Assembly (NCBI GenBank): GCA_052327205.1
Contig: CM126228.1
Coordinates: 28,086,001-28,150,000 of the forward strand
Source: Somniosus microcephalus
Lineage: Eukaryota
Direction: 5' to 3'
Length of the DNA stretch: 64,000 bases
Position numbers and translations under genes: made by a program. This document shows, one piece after another, positions 24,360 to 35,434 of this stretch (positions are counted from its first letter, which is position 1; every line of letters begins with the position of its first letter). The notes below the pieces were generated by a model. That model was not told the DNA's origin, did no database searches, and saw only the letters and a list, made by a program, of their open reading frames with translations.

Positions 24360-26064
24360 TGTGTCTTTTGACTCTTTATGACAAGAACTCTTATGATTAA
24401 CTACTGAACTGGAAAGGGAAGGGAAGGAACAATCGTGTGTTTGACCAGAGACCAAGCTTCTGTTGATTGTTGGCTGTTAATTATTACCTGAAAGATGATC
24501 TTCAAGCTGTGTATGTGAAGAGTTGGCCAAGAACATTCTCTTCACTTCAGAGATGTTGTTGTGGAAACATGATCTAGTCTTGGGAAACTTTGATTCCTAA
24601 CCTTTTAATCTTATCACAAGGGGAAATTGTGTATTTATTGGTACAGATAGGTTAGAATTACTCATGTAAAATGTGCAACTGTTTGTTTGTTTGTTTGTTC
24701 ATTTTCATCAATTGGTAATTCCCTGATCAGTGACATTACCCACAAATTTGATTGTGTGTATTAGAAAAGGTAAGTCTGGATATGCATTGTTGAGAGTAAG
24801 TGCCTGCAGATCACTGTTGTTAGATTTTTATGTTGTTATGTTAAATAGTTCCTTGGGTTCAGCCTCGCTAACTACTCCCATGTGGACCTCGAACTCCCTA
24901 CGAATCTGAATGAGTCTTTACCTGCCCAATACTAAAATGTAGCAAGATTCACATTGTGTACTCCCATGTGATATCCGAGTCGTCAGCACGCAGAGAATGT
25001 ACATTCTACCAGATCTTGGCTTGGGCCATAAACCATTAGACAAATCTATTCATCAGTTAGAGCTAAATATCAGCACTCTATGAAAACAGTACATTTACTG
25101 TAATTACTAATCTCCTTACAATCAGAAACAACTGACCCTTGGAGTATGGTTCCTTTTACTTCTCACTTGACTGGGCTGCCACAGAGTCGCTGATGCACCG
25201 CTTATCTCTGCTGTCTTTGTGCAATACTGCCGAAGCTATAGCTGCAGATTCCTTTGAAGAAATCGTAGAGCAAAGGGCTGTTCGAAGCTGTTTCTCTTGA
25301 CAACTAAATTAGGTGGTCAGCCATTACAGGATTCACAATGGTGCTTGCTCACAAAAATACAACCCCCAAATAAATGTACTGTAAACAACCCCGCAGGAAA
25401 ATACCCCGCAGGGCCTGGGAGAAAAAACAAGTTTCTAAACTGCCCTCTAAAGATACCAAGCACACGGTCACTAGTAATACTGAGGGGGCAAGGAGATACT
25501 TTTGATTGATGCTGCCCGAGCATAGTTCTGCATTTTCTGGAGCTCCAAATGGATAAATTTAGGGCCCCATGGAGGAGCTGTTGGAGATATTCTTTAAAAG
25601 AAACCCACATAGGTGAGAGAATTTCCCATTCTACGACTAACATCAATTTGGTGATTAATTTAAGCAGCAGCCAAAGTTTAACTTTAAAAAACAAAAACAA
25701 ATAATCAAATATTCACTTTGCAAAGTTCTCTTTTGGTCAATGGTGCTAATGGGAGATCCCTGGACTACCGAATGTTTGACAACAGTCAAAATGTTGATAT
25801 GTTGTTCCATGGTGTTGCAGAATTAGGATTATTTTATCTAAAAGTGAATAATCTGCCTTGTTTGTAGTTAATTATTGTCTGAATTTTGTCACCTCGCTGA
25901 AGGAATTTTCTATTTTCATAGTGATGCATTAGTGATTTGGTAGAGCTCCTTAGCTAGACGAGTCAAAAGGCAGTCAGACAAATTTCAATAGCTTTATTGA
26001 TCCAGACTCCTATTTTGTACTTTTAATATTTTTTTGCCCAATTCATATATTTATTTCTACTGCT

Positions 26065-26450
26065 GTGTCAGCCATGGCGCAGTGGGTAGCATCCTCGCCT
26101 TTGAGTCAGAAGGTTGTGTGTTCAAGTCCCACTCCAGAGACTTGAGCACAAAAATCTGGGTTGGCACTTAATGCAGTACTGAGGGAGTGCTGCACTGTCG
26201 GAGGTGCCGTCTTTCGGATGGGATGTTAAACCGAGACCCTGTCTGCTCTCTCAGGTGGGCGTCAAAGATCCCATGGCACTATTTCGAAGAAGAGCAGGGG
26301 AGTGTCCTGGTATCCTGGCCAATACTTATCCCTCAATTAACATTACTGAAAAAAGATTATTTGGTCATTATCATATTGTGGGAGTTTGCTGTGCTTTGGG
26401 ATGTCAGGAGGTTGTGAAAGGCACTATATAAATGCAAGTCTATTTATCTT
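26065..26450 (+). mobile_element. Deu-domain SINE (SacSINE1-like)
   Basis: A box TGGCGCAGTGG, B box GTTCAAGTCCC, Deu-like core GATGTTAAACCGAG...AAAGATCCCATGGCACTATTTCGAAGAAGAGCAGGGG...TCCTGGCCAA and L2-type tail TATATAAATGCAAG. Confidence 0.85.
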
Positions 26451-29156
26451 TTTATATATGCTCCTCTCCTACCAAGAGAGCAAATAGTGAATTGGTCTAG
26501 GGGTCCTGGGAATGCTGTTTGGTAACTGTTCAATAGAAGGACTGAGCCTGTAATGTTAGTTGACTCTTAGTGAAAGCATGTCATCTTCAATCAGTGTGGG
26601 TTCCCAGAAAACAGTAATTGAAATTGGGAGCTCATTTTTATATAGAGTATAAATAATATCTGACATGACACCGAGTTGTACAAGTCAATTGCATAGTATG
26701 ACATTGGATTGGCCATTTAAGGAATTTTAATATTTTAAGTTTCCTCATTTTAAAAAAAATATAGTTTTATATAGTGATATTACTGATAAGCAGATACATT
26801 GGTTCATATGCACATTATATAAAAGTTAGCAGAATCTGGCATTCTTAATATTTACTGAATATATGTATTGAAATAATGCCACTGTAATAGAAGATTTACA
26901 CTTCAAACTTATTGTAACTTTCAGAATAATTTTATTATTGATATTTGGGTAAATAAATCAAGCAGGGCAGAGTGTAAATTTGAAACCAGTCCTGTTAGAC
27001 TTTGTATTTAAAAATTCTGTTAACATAAATGTGGAGAGTAATGCAAACACGGAGATATTTTGGATGTGTTATTACAGAACTCGGTATTTGGTCATTATAT
27101 AGAGTAGATACATGAACAATTATATTTATGTGCAATGGAAAAGTACTGATGCATCTAGCAGTAACACTCTTGGCACTGAGAGTGTTATTGGCTGTTGCAA
27201 TTACTCTGACATTTAGTTGATCCCGCTGGAAAGAGTGCCCTGTCTTCTCTTGACTATTGTCTCCGTGGTTACTAATACACAGTGATCTTTGGGATGGGGC
27301 AAAGATTACTAATGCAAGCTTGTGCTCAGCCAAGTACAAGGAGTGAAATCAAGTGAATTTACAAGTTGAAGTTTTCTTTTCCTAGCACAAGCTTCAAGCA
27401 AAACCACTGCGAATTTAGTAGTAAATGCATCAGCCGTCTCGCTTCTGTGTATATTATTTATAGTGAACTGAATATGCACCCATGTTAAAATTGTGCATGT
27501 CATTTGGGCAATGAGGGATATTGTAATTGAACTAAAAAATATTTACCAACTTGATTTCAACGTTCAGTATATTGTCAGCATTTAGCTGCAACATCCCTTG
27601 GACCCATTGTCAAAACAATTTTTCATGCCAAAAAAATCAAGTATAAAGCTGCTGGTGGAGGCTGAGATTGGTGAAGTGTTGTGACCTCCAGTGGGTGGTC
27701 TCCCATTATCTTGGCTTTGCACAGATGCACCGGCACTATGACAATAAGTAAGGCTGTCCCTCACTGCCATTTTATTTGGACGCTTTTTTTATGGTATCTC
27801 ATTCGTATTTGGAGGCAGGTAACCAGTGCTTAACGTGTGTGTTTGAGCAGCTCTCTGCTAGTCTCGACCAATAATGATAGCAATGGGCATTGTAACTGTG
27901 GTTTCCTGTTGGCATAACGTCACAAATACTGTCAGTACTGTATTAGTGCATGCAGTACATGTGTTTTTTTTTTATAGTCCATTGTGCATTTGTAGTAAAA
28001 AAAAAGTTAAGCCCTGTACAGAACCTACAAAAATGCACATATTGCCAGCATATTGATTTCCATGTTAAAACTTTTGATCAACCAAATCATAAATTGCAGT
28101 TTGGAAGCAGGTCATTGGGCTCATCATGCCTGACCCAGTGCTAGCTTTCCCATCAGATCTATCCACTCTCAACCCATTTCCATGCTGTTTCCTCATATAC
28201 TCTTCAAAATGTTTCTTCAATGATTTATCTAATTACCTCTTGCATGTTGTGATTGATTTGACTTCAACAGCTACTTGTAGTAAAGCATTCCATAACCTTT
28301 TAGGTGGACAAAGAATTCTGACCTCCCCCTTTTCTGTTTCTGGTACTGATCATCAAGTTATGCCCTTGTAACTGATTCATAAACTGGTAGAAATGTTGAG
28401 TGTAGATTTCTGAAAATATTTCTATTACAACTCTTAACACATCGTCCAACAACAAATAGTTCTTGTAGTTCATAGATGAAGGGTCAAAAATCAAATGTTT
28501 TTGAAAACATTCATAAATGTTCTTCTTGGCCCTGTAAATTTCTCCAGCTATAGTTTTATCATTTGAAAATGTAAGTGTATGAAATCATTTGCTGATGAGC
28601 TACTAGACATGCTATGCTGTAGTGTGGCAGGATGCCGATTCATACCAATCAGCATCGATAGTTTCCAGGCTCATCACTGTTACTATGGAAAGGCTGGTCA
28701 CTTTTCCACATTAACGAATGGAAAATTGGAGTGAGTCGCCTCTGAGCTGCTCTCGTGGTCTTCCTAACAGCATGATTTAAGGTGATATCAGTGACTGGGG
28801 GAAGCAGAAGGGTAGAAGGGTAGAAAAGAGGGGGGGAAAATGGTAGTCAATGGCTTAAAAGTAGGATGAGCGCTAACGGCAATCTGTGGAGACACACTTT
28901 TGGAGAGCTAAATTTATTTTCTACTTTAAAGACTTAAAATTCTGTACTGCTTAATTTCCTTCAAAAATGTCTAGTCTAACTCCTACTTTTAGCTTTTAGT
29001 AATTACTAACTGGTGAACTGTGGAGTCAAGTTTTGACTAAAATGTTTTAATCCAAAGGCTATAAGTATTTTCAGGCATGCTTACTTATTCATCAAATACT
29101 ATAAAATATACATTCACAGCAAATGGTAATATTGCTAAATTATAGTGTTCTTTTAA

Positions 29157-29315
29157 TAGGAACATAGGAACAGGAGTTGGCCATTTAGCCCCTCGCGCCT
29201 GTTCCTCCATTCAATGAGATCATGGCTGATCTGTGACCTAATATATTCGCCTTTAACCCATATCCCTTAATACCTTTTTGTTAACGGAACTCTATCAATC
29301 TCAGATTTAAAATTA
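29157..29315 (-). mobile_element. CR1 3' tail fragment
   Basis: AGGAACATAGGAACAGGAGTTGGCCATT...GATCATGGCTGATC...CCCATATCCCTT is the reverse complement of a CR1 3' UTR. Confidence 0.75.
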
Positions 29316-29434
29316 ATATATATATATATGACAATTAAAAATGAATCCAAATCCTTGGATAATTTGTAGTTAAAAATTACTTTTTTGTTCTTGGGATAAG
29401 CAACTGGTAAATTAAATTGAACCTATGTTGTTAT

Positions 29435-30100
29435 GGCCTGGAGTTTCATCCGCATTACACCTGCAAATCAACTACATAGCTTAAAAGATTGCAGATTTTT
29501 GGGCGTGAGTTACCCACGTAACTACAATATGCCCAATTCTCCTCAATCTACTATGTCCGTTCATCAACGAATCTCTGGCCACGCCCCCGACTATCAAATG
29601 GGACTTTCCTCCAATTGCAGGGATCTCTCAACAATACGACCAGATTTTCAGGTGCAACAGGAAACAAAAGTTATTTTTCTCGTCTTTTTAATTGCAAACT
29701 TTTTGAATGTTTTAAAGAACAAATTATCCTCATTATGACCCGCTCTGTATTTTCTGTATCTTTTAATGAATTCTTATGACGTATGTATAGATCACATTAA
29801 CAATTGAAAAGCTTCCCCAAATGCAGGTTCTTAAACATGCTGTGCTTGATTTGCACAAATGATGGTTAAATGAGTTGAAACATAAATTTTAAGATTTGAG
29901 GAAGAAATATAGTGGTGTGGGTTTGGCATTTTCTTGAGTCCCAATTGTTTACATTGAATTATGCCCATTTTAAGTTCACACATATTCTAATGAGATTGGG
30001 AGGATACTTGGGTGTAACTTGACATTGGCAAAATGAAGACAACATTGGGCGCATTTTCGGCTCTACCTTCGGATTTCTCCAAAGGAGGAAACTCCAGGCC
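29435..30100. mobile_element. PIF/Harbinger-like MITE, 666 bp
   Basis: 17-bp TIRs with one mismatch: GGCCTGGAGTTTCATCC / rc GGCCTGGAGTTTCCTCC. TSD not conserved (TAT vs AAG). Confidence 0.7.
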
Positions 30101-30760
30101 AAGCATTGGGTCTGCTTCTCCCGAGTTACTGTTCAAAATGGGAGACTTGCTTCAGTTCTTGAAAAATGATTCTCAAGCCCCTAATTGACATCAAAATTAT
30201 TTCAAAACGGGGCGCGTCATTGGACAGTTTTCTTGAGTGTAATAATTTGAGTAATGGAGACTTAGGCCGGGGTCTTTTTTTTTCAATTTCAATTTTTATT
30301 TGTCACATAACCAAATACAACAAGTGAAATCCAGTCAGTGAAATGCTTTTTTCTTAACGAGCCGAGCGCACCAATCAGCAAAGGACACTTAGCTGCCTGG
30401 TATGCATGGAACCCGCAAGGACGGCAGCCATCTTCATCGGCGCCATCACAATAGGGTCCGCTCTCGCCTTGCTCCGCCTTTCCCGCACTCCTGCCCGACA
30501 ATCTTCAGCCGCCGTGGTACCGACGTTCCGGGGCCTGCTCCTCCCTGGCTCTCCTTCCACCCGGTCTGACCTCCGAGCCTCCCATGGTGTCCGACCTTCC
30601 AGGGCCTGCTTTTCCCGACCTTGGTACGCTGGTCGCATTCCCTCCTACCGGTTCGACCTCCGAGCCTCCTGACGAGGAGCTGCCAGCCGCCGTGCTACAG
30701 CGGGTCGTCGTGGCCTCCATCGCTGCTTCTGCTGACTCACCGCCGACTCTTTCTAGAGGG

Positions 30761-31002
30761 ACTCTTTTTGCCTGAATACCATTCAATAAAGAACCAATGC
30801 AAAACCAAAGGCAGCATTGCCATGAAACCAAGATACAGCCAGTCATATAGCTCTGGTGATTCCTCACATTTACCACAAATCTTCAGAGCATCTGTTCTTT
30901 CCCCTCTTGGGCACAGTCTCCATATTGCAGCTGACTACCATTTCGGCTTTCTGTTATTTGCTTTCCACAGTATAATCCAGGGCACATTAAATCAACATCC
31001 AT
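30761..31002 (-). pseudogene. JKAMP: Intronless, frameshifted 5' fragment of JNK1/MAPK8-associated membrane protein
   Basis: 31002-30913 translates MDVDLMCPGLYCGKQITESRNGSQLQYGDC. After a frameshift, 30910-30761 translates PRGERTDALKICGKCEESPELYDWLYLGFMAMLPLVLHWFFIEWYSGKKS. The stretch ESPELYDWLYLGFMAMLPLVLHWFFIEWYSGKKS is the conserved vertebrate JKAMP N-terminal signature as I recall it. This frame is absent from the supplied ORF track. Confidence 0.9.
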
Positions 31003-31153
31003 AGTGAGAACCAGAGGCGGCCGCTCCACAGACTCCGACACGGCGAACCCGGGGTATTCCACACCGGAACACTACCAGCGTCTCTCACCGCCTGCTTCCG
31101 GTTATGGTGGCGGTGACCTTTGCTCTTACCCCGCGAACCTTAGTCGGGCGCTC

Positions 31154-31408
31154 GCGAGCCGAGTCCGTTAACCCCCGGGCCCCCGAGCCGAGTCAGTTAA
31201 CCCTCCGGGCCCACGAGCCGAGTCTGTTAACCCCCCGGGCCCACGAGCCGAGTCTGTTAACCCCCCGGGCCTGCGAGCCGAGTCTGTTAACCCCGGGCCT
31301 GCGAGCAGAGTCAGTTAACCCCCCGGGCCCGCGAGCCGAGTCTGTTAACCCCGGGTCTGCGAGCCAAGTAAGTTAACCCCGGGCCCCCGAGCCGAGTCAG
31401 TTAACCCC
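31154..31408. repeat. GC-rich tandem array, ~9 units of 28-30 bp
   Basis: Unit about CGAGCCGAGTCWGTTAACCCC(CC)GGGCCYN, with palindromic GTTAAC and CCGG/CCCGGG. It forms the 5' end of the composite element. Confidence 0.95.
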
Positions 31409-32777
31409 GGTCTTGCCTGAAGAGGCGCGTTGGGGTTGGAACTGCTGCCTTTCAGGTTCTAGCCCCGCCCCCAGCGACGTCTGATGCACAGACGCTATTT
31501 TGCGTCAATTGGCCTTGTTAAGCCGGTCCTGCGGGCTTGCTGGCCAATTAAGAGAAAGCCAGTGTCAGATGACGTCAGTTGATGCCGGTTTTCTTAAAGA
31601 GGCCACCACCATTTCTTTTTCACATGATTTTTTTCAGTGTTTGACAGCATTGAGGTGCTGCAAACACTGATAATCACTGTACAAAGGTGAGCCCTTGCAT
31701 CCAGGCTCTCCAGTGACTCTCCCCTTCGGCTAAAACAGATGGCAGCTGCAGGTGAGGTTACAGAAGCGATCTGTCACTGGTGAGAGAGGTTCTCCCAATG
31801 AGGTGGGACTACACAAACACTTCAAAGCTTGTCACATACAGAAAATTCTAAACATATTAAAAATGACACTCCCAAGATTGTCTTACCTCTGCAACTCACC
31901 AGTGTCCCATTGGATCCTTCACATCACTTCTGCAGCTGTCATCTATACACAAACATTAGAGTAGACCCACAGCACGCCACACTTACCCTGGTGAGGTTTC
32001 CCGACGTCGGGAAGCCCACAGTAGAAGTGTCAAAATTGGAAAAAACCTCTTAACTGCCTGTTAACTACCTGTTAACAAGCAGTTAAGTGGCTATAATCCT
32101 CTTCCCGCCACTAGGAGTCGGGTCCCTGCGCAAATCGGGGACCCGACTCCCGGGAAGATTGATTGGAGGTGGGTTGGAAGCAGATTCGGGACCCGCTGCC
32201 AATCTTTTTGATTTTGCCAGCAGTCCTGCCTCCAAACCTGACCCCTGAGCGCCGGCAAAATCGCCCCCATAACCTTCGACTACTTGTAAGTCCTGGGAAA
32301 TTCCTGGGTTACTAGGTTGGCCTTTTTTGCAACTCATACTGCCAAATTTATATTAATAAAGCTCTTCACATATCCACAATTCTAATGAAGGATCAAAACT
32401 AAAGCGTTAGCTGTCTTCCTCTGTCAGATATTTAGTATGTGGTTCCAGTAAGTGCTATTTTCACTTTAGCCTGTCAGCATTCACAATTTTCTTCTTCATC
32501 TCGATCTGCTGTATTCTAAACTATTAAACATTTAATTTACCTGTGCTTTTCTGCTTTGAGTCCCATCATCTGTTTTGCAAGTTGGAGCTAGCTTTGCAAA
32601 TAATTGACCTTTGTCTGAAAACGGGCTCTATTTGAAGAGGGCATTAGGAAAAGGCAGGAAATGTAAGTAAATGGGCAGCTCTTCCAGAGACCTGATGCAT
32701 TCATGTTGGACCATATGGCTTACTTCTAAGTTATAAAACCTGTAACCCCAATAGGGCTGTTTAGTTTTAGCTTATAG

Positions 32778-33228
32778 AAAAAAGAAAGACTTGCGTTTAT
32801 ATAACGCCTTTCACAGCCTCAGGTCGTCCCAAAGCGCTTTACAGCCAATTAGGTACTTTTTGAAGTATAGCCGCTGTTGAGATGCAGGAAACATGACGAG
32901 TCAATTTGCACACAGCAAGGCACCACAAACAGCAATAAAATAAATGAAGCAGATTCAATAGATTATCTGTTTTAGGTTTTGGTTGAGGGAGAACTTTCTT
33001 GCTCTTCTTTGAATAGTGCCACGGGATCTTTTACACCCACCTGAGAGGGCAGACAGGTCTTGGTTTAATGTCTCATCCAAAAGACAGCACCTCCGACAGT
33101 GCAGCACTCCCTCAGCACTGCACTGTAGTGTCAGCCTAGATTTTGTGCTCCAGTTGCTGGAGTGGGACTTGAACCTACATCCTACTGACTCACAGGCGAG
33201 AATGCTACCAGTGAGCTATGGCTGAGAC
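32778..33228 (-). mobile_element. Deu-domain SINE (SacSINE1-like)
   Basis: Reverse complement of the 26065 family: GACTTGCGTTTATATAACGCC tail, GAATAGTGCCACGGGATCTTT core and GTGGGACTTGAACC B box. Confidence 0.85.
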
Positions 33229-34206
33229 CTTATCTGGTCCAATCAAATGAGGAAAGGTTACTGTGAGGTGAGTTGTCTCGTCTGCAGCCTTATTCTGTTC
33301 AGATTTGATCATTCATTTGCATTGGGGTAATTGTTATCATTAAGTCACAGCGCAATCTTTGTGTACCTATAATTTTTAAAACCTGCAATTGAAGGATATT
33401 GAAGATCTTCTATATGTCTTTAAATCAATAGTCAGCACTTGGAGCATTTAATCGTTTTAAAAGCTTTAATCACATAATTTCACGATGTAGTCTTGTTCAG
33501 AGTTTAAGAGCTAATCATGTGCCTGTATCAGTTAACAGATAGCTTGATATACAAGGCAATGACACGTTGAGGGGTTCAAATAACATTGATAAACCACAAG
33601 AGGAAACCTCAAATGGCTTATCAATGTTATCTAAACTTGGAGATGTGTTACTGCCTGGAAACACATTCCTGTGGGTTTTATTTTATATGATATATATTCA
33701 GATGTACTGAAATTTTCTAAAAATCTACAGCAAAATTGAGCCATAATCTTCCCAATGATGAGTTAATTGGTTGTGAAGGTATGGGTTTGTCGTTGCCCAG
33801 TTCCTGGTGTTCTTGTAATGGGAAAGGTTTTCTAGTTGCCTGGGTTATTAGCAACATAGGAACAGGAGTAAGTCATTAAGCCTGTTCCGCCATTTAGTCA
33901 GGTCATGCTTGATCTGTACCTCACTATATTTACCTGCCTTTGTTCCATATCCCTTGGTACCCTTACCTAACAAAAATCCATTGATCTCTGTATTGAAGAT
34001 TTCAATTGACCCAACATTCACTTTTTGGGGCGGGGGGGGTTAGGCGGAAAAGTACTATAACCCAGATTTTGCTCTCGGCGGCAAAGGAACGGCGCTTGCC
34101 AGTCACCTCGCTGACCGCTGCCCATAGACTTTGCGCGGGCTTGTCAGTAGAGATTTGCTCTAACCCGGCGTCTTTTCCAATACGACTCCCTCTACAGGGG
34201 ATCTGT

Positions 34207-34207
<1 letters not shown>

Positions 34208-34262
<55 letters not shown>
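34208..34262. repeat. Compound (GT)n(GA)n microsatellite
   Basis: Directly visible. Confidence 0.97.
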
Positions 34263-34263
<1 letters not shown>

Positions 34264-34462
34264 AGGGAAAACAACAGCTAAGCTCTTCAGCCAATCAGAT
34301 CCTCACTGAGACACGCAGAGTCCAAACCAGGAAGTATAAAGCAGGAAGTATAAATTAGATTTAAATGATGTACAAAAAGCAAGATAAAGATTGGGAAATA
34401 CAGATGGGATTAAGGGAGAGTGATTAAAGAGACAGACAGAAAAAGTTAATCTCCAACACTAA

Positions 34463-35434
34463 GGGGGAAAAATTCGGTTGGTTGCGCCACCCATTAGCGC
34501 CTAAAGAGGTCGAGAAGTGGGCCGCTAACCAACTAGCGCCCGGGCACAGCGAACCCTGCGCCTCTTCCCAAATTGAGCGGACATTTAGCGCCGGCGCTAA
34601 ACCGAGCGCCCGCTCACCGGCGCACGCAGATCATGACGTCATTCCAGAGTGCAACGCACTTGGGGCACCCCGGTCTGGAAATTCAGTGGTGCCCCCTGCC
34701 TTACTGCCTGGCACTAGCGATGACTGGTTGAGGGGACCGTTATGCTGTCTGAAAGGGACTCGGGGAACACTATTTAAAGGGGAACACCTGCCTTTTTTTG
34801 AAGGTGACATTTTTGCACCACACATTGTGTGAGAGAGAGAGACAGACTTCTGGAGAGATTCCACACTGTGTGAAGGAGTTTTGCAGGTTGGTTTTGATTT
34901 GCCCTTGTATCGAATTAGAAGAGACTGTGGGGGCTGCACTCTGAGCTCTTTCCCTGGTTCTCTCCATTGTTCTTTCCAGCAGATTAGATGTACAGGTCTC
35001 TCCAGGCCGAGATTCAGGCCGAGATTCAAGGCTGCGATGAGCAGGATGTGGATGGCGAGCAAGGCAAGAAAAAAAAACAAAATGCAGGAGAAACTCAGCA
35101 GGTCAAGCAGCATCTGTGAAGAGAGAAACAGATTTAACGTTTCAGGTCGATGACCATTCGTCAGACCTCCCCTTTAAGAATTGGATGGTGCCAGTGTGTC
35201 TGTGTTCCATTGCTGACTGAAATCACATGAGCTTCGCCAGCGCTGTGAGGTAGCGCCTCGCTCCGTTGGGTTAGCACCTTAAGACTGTCGTGCAGCGCCT
35301 GATTTAGCACCGCAATCACCCTCGGGCACAGGTACCCAATTTCGCAGGAGGTGGCGATAATTTGCGCCTGGCGCTAAACTTTGCGCACCGCCAATACTAG
35401 CGCCCCAAACTGGGCGATACCGAATTTCGCCCCC
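34463..35434. mobile_element. Inner PIF/Harbinger-like MITE, 972 bp
   Basis: TIRs GGGGGAAAAATTCGG / rc GGGGGCGAAATTCGG; TSD TAA (34460-62, 35435-37), the classic PIF/Harbinger target. Confidence 0.85.
35063..35166 (-). mobile_element. Short Penelope-like pLTR fragment with hammerhead core
   Basis: Matches 59340-59430 (AAACTCAGCAGG..AG.A.CATC.GT...GAGAGAAA.AGA...AACGTTTCAGGTCGA). The minus strand reads CTGACGA-ATGGTCATCGACCT-GAAACGTT. Confidence 0.75.

Larger units (their letters stand above)
30277..31408 (-). mobile_element. Composite non-autonomous retroposon carrying a captured JKAMP 5' fragment
   Basis: GGTCTT direct repeat at 30271-76 and 31409-14. On the - strand: ~29-bp tandem array, then 5'UTR-like segment, JKAMP fragment, GC-rich body, and GTGACAAATAAAAATTGAAATTG followed by an A-run. 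Confidence 0.8.
30265..32268. mobile_element. PIF/Harbinger-like MITE whose left TIR is split by the 30277-31408 insertion
   Basis: Removing the insert plus one GGTCTT restores a left end GGCCGGGGTCTTGCC, compared with the right-end rc GGGGGCGATTTTGCC. Flanks are TTA and ATA. Confidence 0.6.

Noticed and set aside
30289-31376. ORF-track peptides across the composite element
   Set aside because: These are off-frame or repeat-derived. The meaningful JKAMP frames are different and broken by a frameshift, so no intact CDS is called.
31154-31408. CRISPR-like appearance of short repeats, also at 61938-62144
   Set aside because: Head-to-tail tandem units with no unique spacers, in eukaryotic context with no cas genes.
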